In this document: piece by piece, positions 53,890 to 64,000 of the stretch
How the letters are laid out: each line of letters opens with the position of its first letter
Position numbering within the stretch: the first letter of the stretch is position 1
Assembly (NCBI RefSeq): GCF_002113885.1
Contig: NW_018480037.1
Location: 62,001 to 126,000 of the forward strand
DNA: 64,000 bases
Direction: 5' to 3'
Source of the DNA: Mizuhopecten yessoensis
Taxonomy: Eukaryota
Translations under genes and position numbers: made by a program
Notes under the pieces: model-generated
The model's input: the letters and a program-made list of their open reading frames with translations, nothing else
Databases searched by the model: none
What the model was told of the DNA's origin: nothing

Positions 53890-55170
53890 AAAGTATACTA
53901 TCACAGTTTACTATTACAGTATACTATCAAAGTATACCAGTATCAAAGTATACTATCAAAGTACACTATCAAAGTATCCTATCAAAGTACACTATCAAAG
54001 TATACCAGTAGCAAAGTACACTATCAAAGTACACTAGCAAAGTATCCTATCAAAGTACACTATCAAAGTATACCAGTATCAAAGTACACTATCAAAGTAC
54101 ACTATCAAAGTACCCTATCAAAGTACACTATCAAAGTATACTATCAAAATACACTATCAAATTATACTATCAAAGTACACTATCAGCGGTCGGAGTCAAA
54201 ATACACTATAAAAGTATACTATAAAGTACACTATCAAAGTACACTATCAAAGTACACTATCAAAGTACACTATCAAAGTATCCTATCAAAGTACACTATC
54301 AAAATATACCAGTATCAAAGTACACTATCAAAGTACACTATCAAAGTATCCTATCAAAGTACACTATCAAAGTATACCAGTATCTAAGTACACTATCAAA
54401 GTATACTATCAAAGTACACTATCAAAGTATACTATCAAAATACACTATCAAAGTTTACTATAAAGTACACTATCAAAGCACACTATCAAAGTACACTATC
54501 AAAGTACACTATCAAAGTATCCTATCAAAGTACACTATCAAAGTATACCAGTATCAAAGTACACTATCAAAGTACACTATCAAAGTATACTATCAAAATA
54601 CACTATCAAATTATACTATCAAAGTACACTATCAAAGTATACTATCAAAATACACTATAAAAGTATACTATAAAGTACACTATCAAAGTACACTATCAAA
54701 GTACACTATCAAAGTACACTATCAAAGTATCCTATCAAAGTACACTATCAAAATATACCAGTATCAAAGTACACTATCAAAGTACACTATCAAAGTATCC
54801 TATCAAAGTACACTATCAAAGTATACCAGTATCAAAGTACACTATCAAAGTACACTATCAAAGTATCCTATCAAAGTACACTATCAAAGTATACCAGTAT
54901 CAAAGTACACTATCAAAGTACACTATCAAAGTATCCTATCAAAGTACACTATCAAAGTATACCAGTATCAAAGTACACTATCAAAGTACACTATCAAAGT
55001 ATCCTATCAAAGTACACTATCAAAGTATACCAGTATCAAAGTACACTATCAAAGTACACTATCAAAGTATCCTATCAAAGTACACTATCAAAGTATACCA
55101 GTATCAAAGTACACTATCAAAGTATACTATCAAAGTACACTATCAAAGTATACTATCAAAGTTTACTATA
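53890..55170. repeat. 13-bp satellite with 68-bp higher-order repeat
   Basis: Monomer tatcaaagtacac. The variant ...gtataccag recurs exactly every 68 bp (54826, 54894, 54962, 55030, 55098). Confidence 0.97.
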
Positions 55171-55675
55171 ACAGAAACTGTGGTCTTAAGTGTGTAGAGA
55201 GGAAAAATTACCTTAACACAGCCTTACAAACAATAAACAGGTCTGGGCAACACGAATAAAGAAACAAATAAATCAAAACAAGAAATAACGTTAAGTTACA
55301 AAATGTACCACCGAAATTTAAGTAAAAATGTTTTGATGTGCAAGAAAAACTCACCTCAAATAACAGGTTCCTAGGCGTAAATTGTCATATTTCTTGCACT
55401 ACATACCTGTAACTCCAGTTATAATGTCTTTTGGCATGTGGAGGAAAGGATGTCGATCATCAGCGATCTAAGACAGTGTGAACATATTTTGTTCACTTAA
55501 TTACCATGACTGGAAGGTCATGGATAATAGAACAAATAGAGTATAGCGGCATGTTAAGTTATCTCCACCGTAAATTATGTAGCCTTAATTTGATTAGAAG
55601 CCTTTCCACTAAAACAAAAAGGATACATTATTAAATAGTCAAATGAGTAATCATGAAGGTTAGATGTTGTTCTTT

Positions 55676-56112
55676 TACCTACAGGAGCTTGTTACCCTGT
55701 ATCAGCCGTCACGATCACTGCGGTCGGAGTCAGAATCATTGTTGTGTGTCCCAAAATCTCGTACTGTGACCTATGGAAACCGGTCCTTTAGGAGGGTTTC
55801 GGCCACGTTGTGGAATAGGTTACCATCTGCTTTTAGAAAATCAAATACCCTGGCCAATTGAAGAGGGACATCAAAACTCACCTCCTCACGTCTGCATTTA
55901 AGGGTCTTTGCAAAGATGTCATTTAAATACCACCCTTTATTTGTTAAATTTGTGCACATTGCTTGCCTAAATGTATAAACATGATTGTAAGCTTTTGTTT
56001 TTGTTTCACAATTATAACTATTAATATTATCCATATGTTGTAAAGCGCTTTAGTGTAATTTTACAAACTAAATAGGGCGCTATATAAATGTTGTATATTA
56101 TTAGTAGTATTA
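55676..56112 (+). mobile_element. 3' fragment of an L2/CR1-group LINE
   Basis: The ORF2 C-terminus YLQELVTLYQPSRSLRS...L.VPKSRTVTYGNRSF...ATLWNRLP...KTHL is followed by a 3' UTR ending gtaaagcgcttt...gcgctatataaatg...tattattagtagta. Confidence 0.85.
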
Positions 56113-56687
56113 CATAAGATTAAAACTTAAAGTTTAATATTGTCAGCAATGATACCAGTAAAATTGACGACTAACAAGAACAGAATAGCCGGATGGTTCA
56201 ACAAATTGCTGAACGTAACCTAAACACGAGTGATTGTACCTTTTAAAAGTTGGTAATAAATACAGTATGCCAAAATTACACTGTGCCATACAGCTGTTCC
56301 GTCTTCTCAGACTCATCGGTGATGCTAGGGGCCTAAAGTTCGAAATCCAAATAGGCCTAAACTACTGTTGAAACAGAAGGGGGATGTGTAACAAAACATA
56401 ATTTATGAATTTCAAAATAGAAAGTACTGGTTAGTTTAAAACTTAGTTAGTAAAAACTGCATATTATGAACTGTGCCACTATTCAAAAAAGATCAATGTG
56501 GCTATCGAGGTTACGGCAAACCTCGGAGACGAAGACATCCACCATCTAGTGATAATATTCTTCTGAAACCTTTGATCTTATATGCTAAAATATCATTATT
56601 GACTTGGTAAATACAACACACTTTGCATCTTAAAATTGTAAATATTAATTCATATTTAGAAAGGTAGTATGTTCATGTGAAATATGG

Positions 56688-56886
56688 GGAAATTAAGAAG
56701 GTTTTTTAAGGTTTGAAATACATCTTTTTAACATTTATGAGGGTATGCAACACAGTTCCGTTCAAACATATTCCATGATGCGCGTTAGCGCATCTTGGAG
56801 AATATGTTTGAACGAAACTATGTTGCATACCCTCATATTTGTTAAAAAGATGCATTTCAAATCTTAAATAAACCTTCTTAATTTCC
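56688..56886. repeat. About 200-bp imperfect palindrome
   Basis: Arms ggaaattaagaaggttt...atgagggtatgcaaca...ttcaaacatatt / aatatgtttgaa...tgttgcataccctcat...aaaccttcttaatttcc, with centre gatgcgc-gtta-gcgcatc. Confidence 0.9.
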
Positions 56887-58260
56887 TAGATGATGCTGTT
56901 GGCTGAATTCTTATGTCGATCGTTTGTGTCAACAGGACTAGCTCATCGTTTGAGCATTCGGCATGTGTTATTATCGATGAGGGACTGGCCGACGAGCCGG
57001 GACGATTTCATCTGCTTCGCCACTTGCAACGGAAGCTAGTGTAGATTCTAGAGGACAGTGAATTAGGCCTATTCTGTTCTGTTGAAATATTGAGTCATGC
57101 AAACATTTTGAGTTGGTACTGTTATCAAGAGGCACTGCAACACAAATGTAAATATTCAAGATTAATCGTTAGGCTACACATGCACATCATATCTACATTT
57201 TTATTCTAACCAAAGTAAACACACTAATGTAAATAGTCCTTTCAATCTTGCTTCAATGATTATCACCTTCGTCATGAGAAATAATTTCAAAATGTTTGAG
57301 TTGGTCATCGAAAGCAACATCTTAAAACTCAATGTTAACCTACTGAGTTAATAGAACATGGCATACGGAAGGCAATTGAAAAGAGACCCTTTACATCCCT
57401 CCACAAATACAAAGGGATAAATCCATAAAGTTTAATCCATTTGTTTCTTCTTTCAACTAACGGAAATGCAATAGTTCTAAGAGCTAGAAACGAATAATTC
57501 ATGAATGTGCCGGTGATTTAATGTATTACCTTCGTATCAATTCTATTCACCTGACAGTATTCTAAGAGAAAAAAAAAGATCATTCATCAAAATATTAAAA
57601 TCTAGTCTCAACAGGCCACAGGAAAAGTTTGCGCTAAATTTTGTCCACCAATCTGGTGTACATTGTGACGGCACATAAATATTTAAGTGTGATGACATGT
57701 AACTGTAATTGCAGAAAGCATGAAAATCCTTGTAAATGGTGAAGCTGCTAGTCTTTTTATCTTATTTTTCTGTATCTATATTTTCTTTTCTATTATTTCT
57801 CTCGCATCTTCAAGATGTTGTTTTTTTACCATAATAAGTCTTCGGTTACAAACGAACCAAGGAGATTTGTGATAACATCAGCATATTTCATAAGTGATAA
57901 CTGTTTTTGTATCAAATCAAATGAGCACACAGAGGAGAACGTCATTAGCAAAACATGTTCACTTACAAGCTTAAATGTTAAATGTAGAAGATGTGATTCC
58001 AGTGTAGTTCTCATATGTCTAAATAGTCAATAGTGGCCAACCCATAATTAGTAAATATAGTATTTAATATTGATAGCTGTTTTAACTGACAACTGCTTTT
58101 CACTGTGTCCAGCTGGTGACCTAGCGTCAGTGTTTCCTTAGTCCACAAAGGACAGTCGCCGACACATGACTAGCTCATTATCGCCCCCAAACGCAATCGT
58201 CTAACCAGTAAAAATTGGTTAGAAGACAGATATTACAGGCTTCGGTAGGGCTGTGTAATT

Positions 58261-58302
58261 GGGCGTGTACAGCACACTGTGGCGATAGTTAGTCTATATA
58301 AA
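58261..58302 (+). promoter_or_regulatory. Candidate core promoter of the TSP1-repeat gene
   Basis: A GC-box-like gggcgtg at 58261 and TATATAAA at 58295-58302. An acceptor cacttcacag at 58805 precedes the ATG exon, which implies a non-coding first exon. Confidence 0.4.
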
Positions 58303-58871
58303 TACATCATCCCAGTATCTACAGGAATATTCTTTTCCCTTTTGTTACTTTAAGCGCCACATAAAGCAGCCTCTGACATATGCTATGTGAAGGTTTTATG
58401 GTGATCTCTTTTTGTGCCCAGCTGTTCCATATATACATGTGATCCGATTTGTCTACCAAATACACAACTAAAGAAAACCATCTTCTCAATTAGCCAGATC
58501 GATATGTTGGTCAAACTGTGTTTTCATTATTATCCACCTTCTCAAAATCCTGTTGCCAGTGTACATTATAATGTACAAGTCACAAGTGTCATGTTGCATC
58601 CGTCCACGTAGGCCTATGTGAATAGCCATACCAACTAGACTCATATGAACCGCTATTAGACTCGTGTTATTATAATTATTAAAATCAAAATTTCAGAGAA
58701 AGTTCAAATCATATAGGAGCTTCAAAAGGAACAATTACTTGACTGACATTAAAGACGGAAGGAATTTTACGTCATTTAATTACAATTTTAATTTACACTT
58801 CACAGGATGCAGTATATATTTCGATATAAGTAACACGAGTTTTCTAATTAATGTGACTTGAAGTTGTAAAA

Positions 58872-61800
58872 ATGAGCATCTCAAGAGGAATATATTTTCA
58901 CCTTCCTGGTATTTGGAGCATTGTGTTGATAACGTTGGTCTTAACGTGTGTGTGTGGGACACCGTGCGACCCCCGGGATTGTATCGTAAGTGACTGGGGC
59001 CACTGGACCGAGTGTTCTCAGAGTTGTGGTGAGGACGGTGTGGCAGAGAGGACGCGGCGCGTGCTTCAAGAAGCAGCATGTGGTGGAATCTGTGACGTCA
59101 ACGTTACTGAGACCGACGAGTGTAATAGATGGTGCTGTGCCCAGGATTGCCGTTATTCCGCTTGGTCAGCCTGGTCTAACTACTTATGTTCACGTGAATG
59201 TGATAATACCACACAGAGAGCACATAGGAAGAAGACACGCGACATCATAGCAACTGAGAAATGTGGCGGCTATTGCAGCCAGGTCGTCCATGAGCGACAG
59301 TGTGGTAATCTGTGTTGCTATCGGGACTGCGTGGAAAGTTGGTGGATGGAATGGGGACCATGTGTTGGTCAGTGTGAGCAGAAAGGTGTCCAATCAAGGA
59401 GGAAACGAATCACACAGGAAGCGGCATGCGGGGGCATCCCCTGCTCTGAATCCTCGGAGGAAAGACAATGCTATGTAGGTTGTTGTCCAGTCCACTGTGA
59501 GGTAGGGGAGTGGGGTGAATGGTCCGTGTGTAATTCCACCTGTGGGAATGGTCACTTGTATCGGTCAAGATTTGTCCAGCCAGCCGATTGCGGAGGACGG
59601 TCATGCCCGGATCCCACCGAGTTACAAATCTACGAGTGTTCCAACTATGTTGACATAGACTGCGTGGTTAGTATCAAATAAGGGACATTTCGCCCTTCAC
59701 TATTTACCTCTTAACCCACACATAGATATCTTGTAGAATTCGAAAACACCAATAATGAAAAGAAATATGTCCTTGCCCAACTTTATTTCATTATTCAAAC
59801 ATTTCACTTCGTTTATACATTAAATCATTTTAGAATGTTGGAACAAAATGATGTCAGAAACTCTGAGAAAAAGATATTGTCGATGTAGTGAACATTGTAA
59901 CACAAGATACCGACCCAGCTTTTCCCTTTAGCTCATTGGGTGAAGCACTAAACTTGAAAGCTCAAGTCCCGGGTTTGATCCTTGGAGGCCTTGGAAAGAC
60001 TGACTACATTTGCGCCAACATAAGGATTTGGGAATTGTGTACGACAAACGCATTGTCTTTGCTCTGTTAAGAATGGTTGTACTCTGGAAGACTTGAGGAT
60101 TAGGCCTTTCCATGGAGGGGTAGTATGTCACAGTTATAAACCATCTGGTCACTTTTTCTTAAATCGACTATAAGGAAACAGTCTTCTAGCTCAAGCTATA
60201 GCTCAGGGTCTTTTGGTCTGTATCCCATGAGTGGAGGGAATCCTGTCATGGACGCTGGATTCGAGCCTCTAAAGAAGTTTCGAAAACATAGTGAATACAC
60301 TATTTCATATATCATAACAAGTCTTAAATGTTGTCCGTACTTCCAAACCCATATCTCATATTTAAACATTTTATGTTTTATACTTAAAATAATCAATTTT
60401 AAAATTTCAAAATAACAACATACTATATTAACTATATGAGAACTAATATAGACTACGCCTGTTGTTCAATCCTTTTTCTAAATGAAATAAAATTTGTTGA
60501 AATGAAATATAGCTCCGGGTTCATCCCCTTGCGGAGGCACAAACAATTCCAAGTTTACAATATATTCTATGAACCCAATGCTTTTATTTTCAGTAGGTCT
60601 ATTTGCATACGTCAACATGTATTGTAGCAATGTACCTTTTTTTTTTTTTTTTTTTTTTCGTTTTGAGTCATACTTGTGTAAGGGTACCATGGACCTTTAC
60701 TCCAAACTTACGAAGTATTTCATTTGTAGCACATGTTTATCATCACAAACATAACCGGTTTCCGTTCATTTCTACATTCAACTACTTTAGTACCAGTGAA
60801 GGAATGCAGCTTATACCAAGAGTTTAAGGTAGAAATATTTCCCTCTCCTACTTTTAATTAAAATGTGTTATTGACGTTTTGGTGAGATATGGGTTATTAC
60901 TAACTGGTCGTGTTATTAAATCCACACACAGCAATATAAAGATTTATGATTTTCCAGATAAAGTATATACCCAACAGAGATATAATCGTTCTTATTAAAA
61001 GAATTCTGAACAGGAAGCGTTAAGTAGTTGGAATGCCTATGTGTATACCGATGTAAACAAACTACAGTATATTGGAAGGTGTTTATTTAACCTACTTACA
61101 AGTGGAACGAGTCATTTTCAGATAGGAACAAAATCTATCTATTCGTGATTATTGCTTTGTGCGTATTGTTCAATAATATTTATCTGTATGAACAGCATCT
61201 GGTTCCGTGATGGAATCCTGTGTGTTCATTCCTATATAGAAGGTCTGCTTACTTTCCTATTCTTTCATGTCCCCAATCTAGTTACTGGCAGTAAACCATG
61301 TGCTTCAATTTCAGCTAACGATCAAATCTCAGTTCCTGACAGGTTTTTTGTGACATTTTCATTTAGGATAAGATTCAATTGATATTGCTTCTTCCTTGTC
61401 CTATCTCATACTCCCTTTATAACATTTTACCTTATTACTTGACATTTCTTTATTTCAGGACATCAAACCTTAATAACTATTTCAAATAAAACTACATTGG
61501 TTTAATTAAGTGTGGATGTTATAGGGAAGTAGGGATCAATCACTCCTTTAGAAACCTCCATTCAAAGGACTGTCACCATTTTAACCGTTTAATGTATTTC
61601 TGGGTACGACAGATGCAACGTAATTAAACAATAGAAGAAATAATACGACAATGTAACGGAACAACAGGAATATGATGTCTAGATCGGCTTTCTGCGATAG
61701 AAAATACAGATCATGATTGCTGATAAACATCGTTTTGGAATAAATGATTGATAATTTGGGAAGGAAAAAGTCATTCCCTATGGTTCTGTTTGCAAAGAAA

Positions 61801-63720
61801 TCTCAACCCTCTGGATGAGATATTTGAATATCTATAACCCTCTGTTTGAAGCAAACCACAGGTCAGACAATCAAGACTACCCCCCTTCGGAATGATATTT
61901 CTCTTTCATTACGGTAGAAAACTATTTCATTTAACCATCATCAGGCACCATACCACATTATTCCTCTTCTTAGCACTTCATTCCTTCAAAATCTAGTCGT
62001 TTATCACTATTAGGGCTCAAACATACGAGGACCGTATTCTGTCATAAATAATAAATATATTCTGTCACTAGTATCAGGAATCACATAAATGATGTATATA
62101 GTTTGACCTTTCTATTACAATCCTTCGAACTATGCCCCCAAGCAGAAACGCACGTTTGTTATCGCACAATCTATGACGCAAACGCTGCGAGATAGTATAC
62201 CCTTGATAAATTGGCAAGAAATTGGAAGATTGCACTACCAAGAGCACTCCTTGATGCAAATCGTTTCCATGAGAGTACTTTCTTAAGTAAAACCACAGGG
62301 ACTCAGATATTGTGAATAGGTTTTTATATGTCTTGCGATCTCTGGCCTTCCTTGATTTCTCGACAACCATTGCTTGTTATTAATGCGCCTCTGTGGTTCA
62401 CAGAAGTAGACCCAGGTCTCATCCCCTGTAAATAACTCAGATAGCTTAGCTTTCTTGAGTCGACTTTCAGTAACGAATATTTATATTGCGAAAAGATGAT
62501 AGTGGATCTTTAACATTATCCGGCTATGCTTTTGAGACTAATACTTCTTGTTTCTTGGACGATTTCTAGTTCCAATTTTGGCTTCCACAATTGAGATGCA
62601 TATTCATTTTGTGTAAATATAGGTGATATCTGACCCCCTTAATGCCCCTGTAAAGCTTTTGTCCTGAATACTGATACCCGGAATACTAGATCTTAATATG
62701 ACATTGAAAGTTTTGTTTACATGTCCTTCACACAGGTTAGTGCATGGTCAGGTTGGACAGACTGCATATTGAACAATGGTCATTGCGGAGAAGGGACAAG
62801 GAACCGGACAAGGAGAGCAGTCACAGAAAGTAACTGTAAGGGAAAGCGTTGCCCGATTCTTCTTCAGCACGGGATTTGCACAGGACCGTGTTGCACAATC
62901 AACTGTGAGGTCACATCATGGACAGCATGGAGTGCGTGCTCTACGGAATGTGGTGAAGGTATCAGGTAGGAATGCTATGGTACAGAATAGACATGTCTTT
63001 GTCCGCCTCAAATAGGATACAGTTTTGTATGATATCACATAATACATGTCTTGATAGGCTTTTGATGATTTTCTTTTCGGTTTTGGTATTTGGTAAGATT
63101 TTTGTCCTTATAAATCATAAGATATTTCTAGATACTGCCTCAGATAAAAGCTTCGTGATCAGACATAAAATAAGGCATATCTTATCGGAGAAAACATTTT
63201 TTGTCATTATACTACAATAGAAAATATGTCGTATTCTATGAAAAATCATAAAAAAATCGAAAACTCACAACTGAAAAAGACTGATAAGAGTCAATTTACA
63301 ATGACAGATGTATTTTGTTATGTCATGTATCTTCTATTAAAAAAAGTTCAAAAATACTGATGAAACAATCACTTTATACGAGGTGGGATAAACGCATTGA
63401 CCTGGCTACCTAGCCAATTGTAGTTAAGAATTTTCTTCTTCAGTTCAAGAACAAGGGAGATATCTGAGCAGCCGATGTGTGATGGGACGTCGTGTCCAGG
63501 ACTGCTGGAGACAAAACCCTGTCGAGAAGATGCATTAGTCAACTGTTCACTGACAGAGTGGTCAACCTGGTCAGATTGTAGTAACGACTGTGGGGAAGGG
63601 TCGGCCTTCCGCTCCCGGACACTACTCACACCAGCCTACTGTGGGGGAGCTCCCTGTCTTCAACTCCCTTTAGACGAGAGTAGGGAATGTACCTCACACA
63701 GAGCCAGGCAAGACTGCAAG
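58872..63720 (+). CDS. Secreted protein with tandem spondin-type thrombospondin type-1 repeats (at least 7), 3'-partial
   Basis: A hydrophobic signal-like N-terminus is followed by repeated DCxVSxWxxWxxCSxxCG...RxR...CGG..C units. Exons 58872-59666, 62736-62965 and 63444-63720 are phase-consistent. The last exon ends at a donor in the middle of a repeat. Confidence 0.88.
59922..60150 (+). mobile_element. tRNA-derived SINE remnant
   Basis: A-box-like tagctcattgg and B-box-like gggtttgatcc occur at tRNA spacing but without an intact cloverleaf. The 3' extent is approximate. Confidence 0.5.
62100..62300 (-). pseudogene. Degenerate hAT transposase C-terminal dimerisation-domain fragment
   Basis: Across frameshifts the minus strand reads SW*...FQFLANLSRVYYLAAFAS*...KRAFLLGGIVR, resembling the hAT motif WW...FPxLAxLARxYLxxPASSxxxERxFSxGG. 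Confidence 0.45.
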
Positions 63721-64000
63721 GTTGGCTTCGTTCGGTGACATGCTACTTTACTACCTTGTCAGTGCGAGTTTATTTTGTCCAAAATATGTCATATCTTTAA
63801 CTTTTTTCTTGTTAAATCTTTATCGTTCGAGTATTGCTGAAGAAACTAACTTTCGATAATCGTAAGTGTATGTTAAACAATAGTTATACCTGTACGTTGT
63901 AATAAAACAATTCAGAATGAGTGATAAACATAAGAGGCTTACGTTATAAGCTATAACATTTAGACCTAGTATTAGAGCTATCTCGTAGTGTTGACATTTA

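Noticed and set aside
53815-54387. 190-aa Tyr/Lys/Ser-rich ORF resembling an adhesive protein
   Set aside because: It cycles through frames of a 13-bp satellite, has no signal peptide, and the array continues past the stop.
59922-59990. Possible tRNA gene
   Set aside because: A- and B-box-like motifs are present, but the acceptor and anticodon stems do not pair convincingly, so it is treated as a SINE head.
62074-62370. 98-aa minus-strand ORF as a nested gene
   Set aside because: It is better explained as a frameshifted hAT transposase remnant.

Overview
AT-rich, intron-rich animal genomic DNA, most likely a bivalve mollusc judging from its repeat types (inference). There is one assembly gap (13065-13215). 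By walking GT-AG junctions and checking reading phase I built five multi-exon genes: (1) a minus-strand uncharacterised protein with repeated Mn-like motifs, a candidate ciliary microtubule inner protein (ATG 11701, probably running off the left edge); (2) IFT43 (+, 15673-29803); (3) SPATA17 (-, 41340-32298); (4) a C2orf73/CIMIP6 homologue (+, 41655-49608), head-to-head with SPATA17; (5) a secreted spondin-type TSP1-repeat protein (+, from 58872, running off the right edge). Introns carry many minisatellites, degenerate CR1/L2 LINE pieces, two Helentron-type non-autonomous elements, MITEs, long palindromes and SINE remnants. The most notable observations are an 83-bp satellite that has amplified an exon end plus its splice donor 25 times, four consecutive cilia-related genes with X-box-like motifs in two promoters, candidate frame-preserving microexons, and a 13-nt patch inside a satellite that matches a nearby LINE. 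All long repeat-derived ORFs in the track are treated as artefacts.
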